DNA of 64,000 bases, from the NCBI GenBank assembly GCA_964016885.1, contig OZ024741.1, forward strand, positions 97,030,001 to 97,094,000, read 5' to 3'. Below are positions 1 to 13,400 of this stretch, piece after piece (positions within the stretch are counted from its first letter, which is position 1; each line of letters opens with the position of its first letter). The translations under genes and the position numbers were made by a program. Origin of the DNA: Eledone cirrhosa (taxonomy: Eukaryota). Below the pieces are notes generated by a model. That model was not told where the DNA came from, did not search any database, and saw only the letters and a list, made by a program, of their open reading frames with translations.

Positions 1-860
1 ACATACGTACGAACCCGCATACTCACACAGACGCAAAACTCACGTATACACATAACCAAATGCACATGTACCAGTATATATAATATATACGCCATAACAT
101 ATACAAGCAAATATACGTACGAGAAAGTATACGTACGTTCACAAAACATACAGATAATATATACTTACCTATACAAATAAGTAATGGTATAAACATAACA
201 TACACGACGTAAAATATCCGCGTATAGTTCCTACTATCCGTTTGGGTATAATGTGGGGCTGTAATACAGGAAAGTTTTGTGCAATTTATGTTTACAAGCC
301 GAAAATGCCCCATATATTTTGTTTAAGATGTGGTCTTCGGCGTAGAGTATTTCCAAGGTCTCAGCGGCGCAGAGGTCACATGGTATTTTATTTCCTTTAT
401 ACGATCTAGCCTAACTAGGATCTCCCAGTGTAACTTATATTGGGTGGGGTTGTCTTTTAGACTCCAGATATAAGCTGAAAATGACGTCATATTCCTTCTT
501 AAAGGGTTAAGAAAAGAATGGGAATACATGTAAAGACGCTGCTTGAATCGACGCTGCTTGAATCTTTTTGCGGTTAACCGTATGCAGGCCCTACGGGACG
601 TGGGTGTTTCAACCTTAACCGTTAAGGTATGTTCCTTGGCTATGTCAAAATTTATAAAACACACTTTATCTGATGAAAGCGTACCAAAGTTTTTGGTACT
701 TTTGAAATATATATAATAGAATAAATATGGTTTTTTAAATATAGTTTCCATTTATTTAATATCATTGAATATTATACTCCAGAAAATAGTCGAGTGCTCT
801 GAATCAGTTATAAACATTTATATTTGTTGAATTACCAACAAATTGAATATCCCTTCTGCT
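1..860 (-). mobile_element. 5'-truncated PLE fragment (degenerate GIY-YIG C-terminus at about 300-600) with inverted pLTR at about 640-860
   Basis: Minus ORF has RFKQRLYMYSHSF..SFSAYIWSLKDNPTQYKLHWEIL, similar to the EN ends of the 40595 and 43037 ORFs. 720-860 resembles the pLTR tails at 14388-14520 and 42097-42230. Confidence 0.75.
665..720 (+). ncRNA. Minimal type-I hammerhead ribozyme
   Basis: tttat-CTGATGA-aagcgtaccaaa/tttggtactttt-GAAA-TATATA-TA-ataga. Confidence 0.75.
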
Positions 861-1348
861 TATATATATATATTATTCAAAATGTCAACAAAGGAAAAAT
901 ATTCTCATAATCAAAATATATATTTTATTATACATATTTCAAAGGTACTATGGTGTTTAAGTACGTTTTCCTCCGATAAAATATATTATTTGATGTGTGA
1001 CATACCGCTACAGTTTTGATTATTCAATTCCAAATAGGCAGATATTTGATTATTGACTTTTGATTATTTAATTCCAGTCCTCGTATTAGGAACAAAAATA
1101 TATAATTCCAGTATTAGGAAGAAAAATATATTTGTTTCCCTTTTTATTTCTTTCACTCTTTTTTCTGGGTTAGAAAATGATTAAAACGAAATATATTTTT
1201 CTTCCTAATAATCGTCTCTTTCTCCCTGTTTTCATATATATATATATATATATATTTATTAAAATAACAGATTAAAGGTGAAGCAAAGAATCGCTGCTTT
1301 CACCCTTAACGGGATCAAATGTAGATGAACAGCAGAAGAACAGTGAAG

Positions 1349-1390
1349 TGCACTGATGAAGGGTAATCGAGAGAAACATTAGTGTCTGCA
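1349..1390 (+). ncRNA. Hammerhead-like motif with a poor stem II
   Basis: tgca-CTGATGA-13 nt-GAAAC-ATTAGT-GTC-tgca, inside a 300-bp island between TA tracts. Confidence 0.55.
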
Positions 1391-1563
1391 GTTCAGTTTA
1401 CATGCCAACACAAGAGCAGGAATGAGGGTCTCATTCTACTGATATGGCTTTAAAAATTAGGGTGTTTGTATAATTGCAAACGAATCGAATATTATTATTA
1501 ATATACAAAAATCTCAGATTACATTTATTGTATTCAGCCATGTAGTGTGATAATTTGTTAAAC

Positions 1564-1617
<54 letters not shown>

Positions 1618-1625
1618 TATATATA

Positions 1626-1810
1626 ACGAAGGAAATGTGGTAAGGAACCAGATGGTCCATAACGCACCAAAGTACTCAATACTTAGGGTAGTAGAGTGGG
1701 TAATAGGAACGAGTAGGACCCCGACGGCTGAGCTCAAGCCGTTTCAACGGCTAATTCTAGAATTAGCCGTCGAAACGGCTTGAGCTCAGCCGTCGGGGTC
1801 CTACTCGTTC

Positions 1811-1813
<3 letters not shown>
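1626..1813 (-). mobile_element. Fold-back mini-insertion, family A (pLTR 3' half plus inverted copy)
   Basis: Near-perfect palindrome of about 110 bp centred at about 1758, flanked by TA. Homologous to 3108-3165, 36569-36765, 51447-51615 and 63078-63197. Confidence 0.8.
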
Positions 1814-1845
<32 letters not shown>

Positions 1846-3056
1846 TAACACAGATTGCGTAGGACTTACCTCGCCATCAAACCCCATAATGACCCGGGGG
1901 GGGGGGGGGGGGTAGACAGGGGCTGTAACACCCCACTTGCCGACTTTGTAATGGGTAACCCCTGCTTGCAAAGTTAGACGTACGATCTTCTTTTATATCT
2001 TTTTATCGCTACCTCTATATTTCCTTCTTCCCCCCATCCCTCCCTAGTCCTTCCACTCCAGTCCTCTTTCTTTGTCGTCGTCCTTTTCACTTTCTCGCCC
2101 ACCCGAGACAGCCCCTCTTTCCTTTGTAGCCTCAGTACCCCCACACCTTCCCCTATTCTATGATAGATTTGGCCGACTCCGCTTTTTATAGCAGATGTGA
2201 TAGACCCCGGATACTTGCCTTCTTATCCGATGGCTGCCTCTTTTCCGTGCTTTCTACATTTCTTAGTGGTATCTTTGCTTTAATTTCTCGTATATCAGTA
2301 TTTTTTTTTTGGGGGGGGGGGGGAATTCTGAATTAATTTTCCATATCAACTTTCTCATATACTTCGTGCGAGCATTTATGTAGTTTGCACTAGAATTTTT
2401 GTATCGTAGCGGCACCCTTAGAGATAGCATTAGTATTCTTTTCCGAGATTCTGAATTATTATTTCGTATTAGTTTATTTTTTGCACTGGGTGGTTGCTGG
2501 CCTTGTGCCTAGGGTAGAAACCATTATTTCGTATTAGCCTCGGGACTCTGAATTAATATTTCGTGGTAGTTTCTTTAGTATTTTGGCCCCCCAACTTGTT
2601 GACCCGTCACCGTAAGATATACTCGGTTGATTACTACTATCTCTTAAAAGGGTCTCATTATATTCCGTCCCACTTAGTAAACCTTTCTTTAGTCTAGCAG
2701 TACCAGTGAGAGACTTGATAGCTGTCCTTAGGTTATAGTAACCAGATATTGTTTTTTTCTATATTTAATTTGTTTAACATTCTCGGTAATTTTCTATATA
2801 TTTACCCCATATTGTTTTACTTATTGTTTCGACTTCCTCCCCCTCCCCCTCCCTAGTATACTTCCTTGACCTCCTGCCCTGCTGTAGTTGGCACAATCAA
2901 CGCACGACTGGGTTTCCTCCACCCCCTCTCCCTATTTCTTCTACTGGCAGGTTCAGCTACCCCTTCCTCCCACAAATTGCCATGATAGAATTATGTGTCT
3001 CAACAACAAACTTTTGACCAATCCTTGTGACAATCACTTTTACCATATATGGAATT

Positions 3057-3152
3057 ACCCCCTGAGAAGCTATGCTATTCATATACCAGTATAAACATTT
3101 TCATTTAGTCCAGAATTAGCCGTCGAAACGGCTTGAGCTCAGCCGTCTGGGT
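3057..3152 (+). ncRNA. Degenerate hammerhead of family A at the end of a non-coding insertion (about 1850-3165)
   Basis: acccc-CTGAGAA-long stem II-GAAA-CGGCTTGAGCTCAGCCG-TC-tgggt; other copies read TC-ggggt. Confidence 0.55.
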
Positions 3153-3162
3153 CCTACTCATT

Positions 3163-3529
<367 letters not shown>

Positions 3530-3675
3530 TAAAATTAAAATGCTATTTATCTCTAATACTTAGCCATCTCAATGAAAGGATACAATATATAGATAAAGTA
3601 TCAGTTCAAAGTAGTAATTACACACGTTGAACTTACGCCGAAACTTCAATATCACCTCGGAGATTTTGGCTTAAG

Positions 3676-3723
<48 letters not shown>

Positions 3724-3947
3724 TTTCCAACACCAGAAAAATCTTGAAAGAGCCATTAATTAGAATATCTTAAGATAATTACGCGGACGAGACATGAAAT
3801 ATTTCATGACCTAATTAACTATGTTAATTAGCTAATTTTATTAATCAAGGTGAAATGATGTTCTGGACAATATACAGTTAAAATCATCATTTTTTTCGTT
3901 GAATATGATTTCCGCTTGCTATTTTCTTAATATTAATTAATATAATA

Positions 3948-4060
3948 GTTCCAATCCCGCCGAGGTTAACTTTGCCTTTCATCCTTCCGGGGTCGATAAA
4001 ATAAAGTACCAGTAATGCACTGGGTAATTGCTGATCTAGTGCCAAAAGTAGAAACAATTA
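3948..4060 (+). mobile_element. SINE 3' part (octopod OK/OR-type)
   Basis: gttc-aatcccgccgaggttaactttgcctttcatcc..ggggtcgataaaataaagtaccag, repeated more than 10 times in the window. Confidence 0.8.
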
Positions 4061-4289
4061 ATTAATATAATATGATCATGAATCTTTGTTAATAACTGAA
4101 AGACTGGGATCGGGAATAAAGGCAACCGAAATGGGGTTCCTCCAAAGGGGCTTTGGAATAAGGTTATTCGTTAGAGCGCGTAGCTCGATGATAAAAGAAT
4201 CACTGCAGATAGAGCCGCTACTTCTCTGAATTGAGAGATCACATCCCAGTGCTATGGGCTTGTGGTTAGAATCATTCAGGAAAGAATTG

Positions 4290-4632
4290 CTGAACAAATT
4301 TTACAAGTAAAAGCAACCGACAGGAGAGCCAGGGGTTGACACCCCAATAAGATATTTGGATAAAATCTGTGTGCGTAGCTGTTCTCGATTGGTGATCCAG
4401 CCTGATCAGTTGAAGTCGGTTGCTTCTAACAGGACTCACTGGATGAAGTGTCTGAGGACTCTGCCACTAAGACCCACTCGGCGAAGAAGAAGAAGAAGAA
4501 GAAGAAGAAGAAGAAGAAGAAGAAGAAGAAGAAGAAGAAGAAGAAGAAGAAGAAGAAGAAGAAGAAGAAGAAGAAGAAGAAGAAGAAGAAGAAGAAGAAG
4601 AAGAAGAAGAAGAAGAAGAAGAAGAAGAAGAA
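4290..4632 (+). mobile_element. RTE-like LINE 3' end with (GAA)n tail (4483-4632)
   Basis: IRYLDKI..LVIQPDQLKSVASNRTHW followed by GAA repeat; a related copy lies on the minus strand at 48611-48830. Confidence 0.65.
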
Positions 4633-4759
4633 ATATACTTTAGCATTATACCTATAACATTTTGAAGGAATTTGCTCCGCAAAATACAGATTTTAGGTTG
4701 TATAAATCATATTTCAGTTAATCAATATATTTTATGTTAATCTAACTTTATTATATATA

Positions 4760-4861
4760 TCCCGCCTAGGTTAAATTTGCCTTTCATCCTTACGGGGTCG
4801 ATAAAATAAATTACCAGTGATGCACTGGGATAATTGCTGGCCTTGTGCCAAAAGTAGAAAC

Positions 4862-4868
<7 letters not shown>
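4760..4868 (+). mobile_element. SINE 3' part
   Basis: Same core as 3948-4060. Confidence 0.75.
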
Positions 4869-4908
<40 letters not shown>

Positions 4909-5140
4909 GAAACACACAGATACATGCGGACACATACATATATACATGAATGCATCCGCACCCAACTGTGAGTTAAGGGTGCCAACTTCACCGATGTTGC
5001 TCAATGAATGACTGGGACAGACCAATTCAGTTCGAACTAGACTGAACCAGTATCAGAGTTAAAAATACATTATGAAGAGAGAAGAAACATTTAGATATAA
5101 TTAGTAATAAAATGTATCATACCTAAACTGTTCCTAAATT

Positions 5141-5226
5141 CCTCGACTACGTAGTTTCGTGGCATAAACAAAAACAATATATCAAAGATATAGAGTCCTT
5201 GCGAGGTCTGCCGACTTATCAAGAGG
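5141..5226 (-). ncRNA. Hammerhead, U3:A8 core variant
   Basis: Reverse complement of 5714-5799. Confidence 0.65.
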
Positions 5227-5713
5227 ATACCTCATTTTACTAGTCTCAAGAACGCGTCTACACGACGTGAGAAAGAATCCCAAAAGGCGGAGGGGGAGAT
5301 AGTCACGCGATATAACGGTCGAGAAACAGAGCTAAGCCTCTTATAACCACGAAGAAAATACCACGGAGGCGGAGGGGGTATTCATATCGAGGCCGCAGAA
5401 GAGGTAGTGAAGAAGGCGAGAAGTCTGAGTAATGGAAGCTTTCCAGTTGTCCCCACACTTCAAAGGTTGCTCGACCAGAGGGAGTTATTAATATATTTAG
5501 AAACACACAGATACATGCGGACACATACATATATACATGAATGCATCCGCACCCAACTGTGAGTTAAGGGTGCCAACTTCACCGATGTTGCTCAATGAAG
5601 AGGCCTAGCTCTGTTTCTCGACCGTTATATCGCGTGACTATCTCCCCCTCCGCCTTTTGGGATTCTTTCTCACGTCGTGTAGACGCGTTCTTGAGACTAG
5701 TAAAATGAGGTAT

Positions 5714-5799
5714 CCTCTTGATAAGTCGGCAGATCTCGCAAGGACTCTATATCTTTGATATATTGTTTTTGTTTATGCCACGAAACTACGTAGTCGAGG
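5714..5799 (+). ncRNA. Hammerhead, U3:A8 core variant
   Basis: cctc-TTGATAA-gtcggca..tgccac-GAAA-CTACGTAG-TC-gagg. Confidence 0.65.
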
Positions 5800-5869
5800 A
5801 ATTTAGGAACAGTTTAGGTATGATACATTTTATTACTAATTATATCTAAATGTTTCTTCTCTCTTCATA

Positions 5870-5914
<45 letters not shown>

Positions 5915-6554
5915 AATTAAAAGTGAGAAAGGCACTCAGTGGTTACTTATAAATATTATTTAGAAAACGTAGGAGAAACATAAACATAAACACAAGGACA
6001 TTTCCCGCTCATCGACTGTCTGTTGTGGGTGGCTGATGTTTCAAATGCATTAAAAACAGTACATCTCGCCACAGTTCGTTAGTTACCCGAGGAGAAAACA
6101 TCAACAAAAAAAGTTGCAGTAATCAGTAGGAGAGAGGTAGAAGTTAATAAGATGACCGATAGTAGTGCGTCGGACAATATGCTTTACAGCATAGAGTTAC
6201 GGATTCTGAATTCAAATCCCACCAAGCATAGCTTTGCCTTTCATCGCTATGGCATCGATAAAATAATTGAACATTAACTCACTAGAGTCGATAAGTTTTC
6301 ACAATGTTTCCTAAATAACCAACTTCTCTTCCTCCTCTGTAGAAAGATGAACCCGTTATACAGTACGCCACAGCCTAATCTCCCTCAATTATAAAGGAGA
6401 GGGCTAGATTAGACAGTATATTTCTATCATAACCATTGCAAGACACGGGACGTTCTTGCCCGGATCTGGTCCTTACCGAATTAAAAATATCTAACTCAAT
6501 AATATTAACAACAGTTATGTTAACTACCTGCATTATTATTATTACGGTTACGAA

Positions 6555-6750
6555 GGGCGGTGGATTGGCAGTATCAGTAGAGGGTCGGACGCCATGCTTT
6601 GCTTCAAAGAGTTACGGCCCTTTATGGTCTGAGTTCAAATCCCGCCGAGGTTAACTTTGCTTTTCATCCTTACGGGCTCGATAAAATAAAGTACCAGTAA
6701 TACACTGGAATAATTGCTGGACTTGTGCCAAAAGTAGAAACAATTATTAT
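6555..6750 (+). mobile_element. Near full-length tRNA-derived SINE
   Basis: A-box-like tggcagtatcagtag, B-box gagttcaaatccc, shared core, attattat tail; a decayed copy lies at about 6150-6290. Confidence 0.8.
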
Positions 6751-8575
6751 GATTACGATCAATTCGCGGAATGTAGGCCAAGTAGACATTTTAATCGGTG
6801 ATCAATTATGTTTTGTGATTAACGAGAAAGTTGCAAATTCTCGAAAGTGGTAGTTAAAGAACGTAATACAATTGGATCATATAGGTTGATATTATAGCAC
6901 AGTCCAACAAACTATCGTATACCATTAATAATTATTTGATCAAACCCCCTGGGATTGTAGTATTTAACAAAACAGTCACTTCTGTGATTTAGTACTTACA
7001 ATACTAAATACTAAATATAAAACACGGGATTCTCTTATTTCTCCCCTTAACCTTCACTCCATTAATTCTGTCACTTCACTCATTTATCACTTAACTGTTT
7101 CTGCCATCTCCTTAAATTGTTTTTTTCACTCCACTCCTCTGTTCCTCAAACTCGACATTACTCTACAGTTACGGCCATTCCACACCAACTAATCTACAAC
7201 ACCATTTCAAACTTTTTGCCACTCCATGTCTCTCCTTTCCACAAGAGCTGCTACTCAACTCGTATGTTTTTAACCAACATCCACATAGACATCACCAGGG
7301 AAATAAGTATAACTGTTGAATATATTGCAGCAATTAAAACTAAACGCTTATTTAGTTAACGTTCTATTGCAATAATATTTCACAAAATAACTATAAGTCG
7401 CTGTTGCTTTCGAACATTAAACTGTGGTTAAATATCAATTTCGAAAGTAGTGTTAACATTTCAAACGAGCATGTAATCTGCTCCATTCATTCTATGTATT
7501 GCTGTCTTGTTTTAGAATATAACGTATGACTTTCGAAGGATTTAGCTCAAATTTCCAACATCCTAAACGACAAGGATGAGCTTATTCATACATTCGATGA
7601 AAAGATCATTTTTACTTTGTAATGTAATTATTTGAATAATATTTTGCTAATATTTCTAGGAAGCAGAGCAACCAGATAGATGCGAGACAGCATGGGAATT
7701 ATTATCTGATTACACCCTCAGCTAGATGCTGCCGCTAAATCTTCATGAAATCCACCCATCCTTCTTAGAAAAGTTCACATTGAATAAGGTGGCGTTGGTT
7801 TCTCAGTAAACGGGAAAAGGTCATGCTTCACGGCTATAATGCCATTCATCACAGTTTGCTCTATCGTCTTAGATATATACTAAGACAACAACATCCACAA
7901 AACAAAGGACAGTAAAAATACTAAACATCACCAATAGAAACAACACCAGAAAGAACAACAAAAACGAAAAAAACACAATCACATATAAGCCTCCACGTTT
8001 ACAATCTTATAGACGTTATTTAATGTAGAAAGTATAGGCGATAATATTTAGTATTATTCAGCTGCAAACTCTCACAATCTTTTCTCTTGAATTCTTAATT
8101 AACAGTTACCATTCTGACTCATTATTATGCCAATATATTTAATGTTAGCTTGTTGTTAATTAATTTGCATCGCGTTAGCCGAACATCCGTTCGACTTCAC
8201 ATCAGTTGATTGTACTAAGTGGTCAATTATAACAAGTTTAGTTTCGTTTAATTAAGGTGCTCTGTAAATCTGATGGACACTATGTAAGCTAGTTATTATA
8301 ATTACTGCAAACTAATATAAACAGTATCACATCTAAATCCCCAGTAATTGTATTCATTAATTAATTTTGCCGTAGACATGGCTGTGTATTTGCATAAAGG
8401 TAACCTGTAATTTCACCCCTTCCATTTAGCCTCAACAGTTTGGCTCACTTTGTGTATATTGACACACCCACAGACACACAATCACAAATACAGACGCATA
8501 CTTACACCCCCTATATATATATATATATATATTTATGTATATATGCATATATATGTGTATAAATAAATACATATA

Positions 8576-8608
<33 letters not shown>

Positions 8609-8609
8609 T

Positions 8610-9510
8610 TCGTTTCTGAATTTGTTTAGCAAGATTCTTTATCTGGAAACGAGTGTTGAAACCGATAGTGTTATGCTTTGAGAGGGTCATGTTGGCAATA
8701 AGAAACACACGCACCCGTAGCTTTCACTCCAATTTATTATAAATTAAATTTATAAATTTAAGAATTTATAAATTTCCGGTTGGTTGGGTGGTTCCATAAC
8801 CGGATGGTTGTTCATATATTGTCAAAGTTCTTTCGTCACACATTATGTGACCTCTTCAGTGACTGGGGATTCTTTTGTTTGTTTTGTGCGTCTCCTTTGT
8901 TCTGTCATACGCCATCATGTTTTTGTGTGTGTTGTATGCTTAGTTTGCGCATGTGTTACATCCGGGTGTCTGTGTGTGTTTTTATTTGTTTATTTATTTG
9001 TTTATTTACATGTTACTGGTTGGCTGTTGGTTCTATGTGTGTGTGTGTTTTCATTTTGTCCTTAATTGTAAATTGTGATGTTGCTATTCCATGTTTATTG
9101 CGTCTTTTCTGTGTGTAGATTCTATTTTTATTTCTATGTTCTCTAATTTGCCCTTATGTTCTATTTGAGCATGTTGAGGAGTATTGGTGTTTCTTTTTTA
9201 TCTTGAAGTTCTCGCCAGTGTTCATTTAACCGTTCTCCTATACTACGAGCTGTCTCACCTATATACACTATATTCTTATCTTTACATTGTCCTTCAGTAC
9301 ATATTATGCTATATACTACATTTCTAGTTTTACAGTTAATATGGGGGCTTTATTTACAGATTATGCATTTCTTATCTATACAGGGAGGTCTTTGAAAAGG
9401 GTATGTATTGCTAATCAGTGTTTTTATGGAGGTACCTCGTCTTTCTACTATCTTAATATTAAGTATATGTTTATCTAGTGCCCTTATAAATTTGTAAGCT
9501 AATTCAACTC
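8610..9510 (-). mobile_element. PLE 3' fragment: GIY-YIG pseudogene plus pLTR
   Basis: Minus translation CIDKKCIICK*..CKTRNVVYSIIC..VYIGETARSIGERLNEH; homologous to 36805-37382. Confidence 0.85.
8821..8863 (-). ncRNA. Minimal hammerhead
   Basis: gtca-CTGAAGA-g-gtcaca/tgtgac-GAAA-GAAC-TT-tgac. Confidence 0.8.
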
Positions 9511-9570
9511 TAGGGGTTGTATTGATAAACATTACACGGCTTGAGCTTTGCCGTCGGGGTCATACTTTTT

Positions 9571-9608
<38 letters not shown>

Positions 9609-9613
<5 letters not shown>

Positions 9614-10410
9614 GGGGAGAAGAATACTGCAGGTTGCACATGGATAACATGTTATGAAATGAGTCCCTCATCAGTGATTTGCCAACGATCATAGATATTT
9701 CATTGCATTAAAAATCATATACCTCACGTTGGTGCAATAATAACTAAATTAAGTTATTAGGAAAATTAAAACGCGTAAAGCGAGTGAGACAAGTAACAAC
9801 AAAGAGGAAAGCTAACCGTAGATAGGAAGAGGCACAAGCTACATAGTTATTCTGTCAGCATAAGCTGGGTGAATATATGAGCGCGTAGAAAATAGACCTT
9901 TCGAGATGAATCCAAATGTAAGAAAGAAGGAAATTGTTTTCGTCGCGAACGGGGTGAAGTGAGAAGGGGAGAAACAGTGAGTGAGTGAGTGGAAGTGTGA
10001 GGAAGAGGTCAGTAGAGAGAAAGTGTTAACTGACATGACAGAGGGGGCGAAAGAAAGTAAGAGAAACAGAGAGAACGAGGGAGCAGTAAGAGGGAGAGAG
10101 AGAGAAAAACAGAATCGCAGTTTAGGTAAATATATGTGAAAAAATGGGGAGAAGAATACTGCAGGTTGCACATGGATAACATGTTATAAAATGAGTCCCT
10201 CATCAGTGATTTGCCAACGATCATAGATATTTCATTGCATTAAAAATCATATACCTCACGTTGGTGCAATAATAACTAAATTAAGTTACTAGGACAATTA
10301 AAACGCGTAAAGCGAGTGAGACAAGTAACAACAAAGAGGAAAGCTAACCGTAGATAGGAAGAGGCACAAGCTACATAGTTATTCTGTCAGCATAAGCTGG
10401 GTGAATATAT
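9609..10410 (-). repeat. 1.5 tandem copies of a unit of about 532 bp (non-coding)
   Basis: 9609-9878 is nearly identical to 10141-10410. Confidence 0.9.
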
Positions 10411-10418
10411 GAGCATAT

Positions 10419-10496
<78 letters not shown>

Positions 10497-10497
<1 letters not shown>

Positions 10498-13400
10498 GAT
10501 ATTAACAAATGGAAACTATATTTATAAAAACATATTTATTTCATTAAACATATTTCAAGGACACCAAGTTAAATTATGGTATGCTTTAATCAGATAAAAT
10601 ATAATATAGATCAGTTTTATAAATAAATATAAATTTAAGATCTCTTCTTCTCTAAAAGACATACCTTTACCTAGGAATAAAGATTTTATTAAACAATCAA
10701 TAAAAAAATCAGGCTCTTTTATAAGAAGAATCAGGTGGCGTGCTTTCAACTTCGATAAATCTAATCTAAATGAAAATGTCTCTAATCTGGATAAAATCTT
10801 CAAATAAAAAAAAAAGCCCCCCCCCCCCCCAAGAAACTACTAATGGATTTTGAAAATGATATCATATCTATCATCCAAAGCATCAAATTCAAAAACAACT
10901 TCAAAGGCCAGGATTACTTAAGAAATATTCAAAATATTATTGAAAACTTGGAGAAAACGGAGAAAATTCTAGTCAAGTCTGACAAAACCAATAATCTTTA
11001 CGGAATACAAAAGGACATTTATAACGATCTTATATTAAAGGAATTAAGGAAGAAATACAAAGTAGCAAATAAAGACGACCTTCAAAAATTGAATACAGAT
11101 GCCTCTTATATAATGCATGAAAATAGGACACAGGCATTGAAAATAGGACACGACCCTTCGTGCCAAGGAAACCTAAGATTAATGTGAAGGATCATAAAGG
11201 AACTTCGAAACTGATTTAACAGTCAGATTAATTGCACCATCTAAATCGGACATTGGCAGACTTAGCAAAAATATTCTAGACAGAATAATACCACACATTA
11301 AGAATTTTTCTTTTTTAAAATTATGGAAAGGATCTAGTGAAGTTATCGATTGGTTTAGAGAAATTAAATATAACTATAATAATAAGTTTATTCAGTTGGA
11401 TATTGCTAACTAATACTCATCTATCACTCCTAATCTACTGAATAAGGCACTAACTTACGCATTTAAAGATACAGACCTAGCAATGAAATGCACATTATAT
11501 TATCGGCACGGAAAACATTAATAGAATTTAATAACCAAATCTGGACTAGGGCAGATAGAAATAATAATTTCGACATAACTATGGGATCATCCGATTCCGC
11601 TCAGCTAACGGATCTTGTGGGCCTATTTATAATTAATTCTCTACATAGAAAAATACCTGAGATAACCGGAGGTTTATATCGTGACGACATGCTTTTACTT
11701 ATAGAAAATAATAACTGTGAACTAAATAGAAAAAGAAAACAAATTATACAATTTTTTAATTATTTTAATCTAAAAGTAGAAATAGAGAATAACCCTAAAA
11801 TAGTTAATTTTCTAGATGTAACACTAAATCTAAACACATGTCTTCATTATCCATTTCACAAACTAAATGAGAACTTAAATTGCGTCAATTTTAACTCTAA
11901 TCACCCCAGATCCATTAAAAATACTATAGTGAACTCTGTACAAGAACGAATTTCGAGAATTTCAGCTAATAAGAATATATTTGATGAAAAAGCACATTAT
12001 TAGAACGAAGCGTTAGGTAGAGCTGGGTATGGAAATAAAATTAAATACATCGATAATAATAATAATATAACAACTAACCTTAATCGTAACAATTTTAACT
12101 ATGGTAACAATGTTAACAACTATAATAGAAAACCTTACATTAATTCCGAAAGCCGAAAAATAAATAGAACTAGGAATATATTATGGTTCGCTCCTCCTTT
12201 CTCATTAAATATTAAAACCCCTATTGCTAAACTATTTTTTAAAGCTCTTGACAAATGCTTCCCTAGAACACATAGATATTACTCAATTTGTAATAGACAT
12301 ACTATAAAATTAACTTATTCTTCCACCAACAATTTAGCGCAAAATATTAATAGAATTAATAATAGAAATTTAAAACCTAACCAAAATACTAATAATAACC
12401 CAAGCAATATCCAATTTGATAAATGTAACTGTAGAAATAAATCTAACTGTCCGTTAAATAACAATTGCTTAGCTAAAAATGTAGTATATAATTGTAATGT
12501 AAAAACTAATTTAAATTCATTTAATTATGTGGGATCTACTTCCACAGAGTTTAAATCCCGCTTCAATAATCATAAAAATTATTTTACAGATCCAAACAAA
12601 AAATCTTCAACTTCTCTATCTAGCCTATTATGGGACCTAAAACTAAAGAACGTTGAATATTCGTTGATTTGGAAAATTATTTCAAAAGCTACTGTTTTTA
12701 ACTCCTCTTCAGAAAATTGCGATCTTTGTATAGAGGAAATATTCTTTATATTAAAGACCAAAAATTCCCTGAACTTAAGAAATAATTTATTCAGTTGCTG
12801 CAGACATAGATTAAATTCAACGTTTAAATATAAATATAAATTTAAAATGTAGTATATAATTAATTAATTAATTTTATTAATATATTGAACCTGTCGATAA
12901 ATCATTAGATTCCTTCCTCTTTTTTTTTTTTTTGACTGATTATACACTCAAGTAAAAAGAACTTTTCTTCCTAAATATGAATAAGCATAAATATAATAAA
13001 CTATTCTAGAGAAATATATTGAGAGCTCTTGAAAGGAGAAAATATTTCTTATTTCTTATTTTTTTATTGTTTTTTTAATTGTTCTGATAACTTCTCCTAT
13101 TTTCGAAAGTTTATCCTTTCAAAATTTTAAGTTAAATATACGTAAAATAAATTTCTATACTAAATCTATTAAACATACTATTATTTTGAAATTATAACTT
13201 AAAATATTCTATAATATTTTAAAATTGTATTGTTTTTAAAGTTATATTGCTTATAATTATATTTCCAAATTGTAATATAATTCTTTTGTATTTTATGTAC
13301 TCAATTATACTATGTACTATATTTATATATACTTCTCTCTATATGTGAGTATATATGTATATCTGTGTATTGACATACATGTACATATGTTTTATGCGTT

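Larger units (their letters stand above)
4901..5874 (-). mobile_element. Non-coding PLE-like mini-element with partial tandem and inverted segments
   Basis: Direct repeat 4901-5009/5491-5599; inverted repeat about 5066-5340/5600-5874; flanked by TA. Confidence 0.8.
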
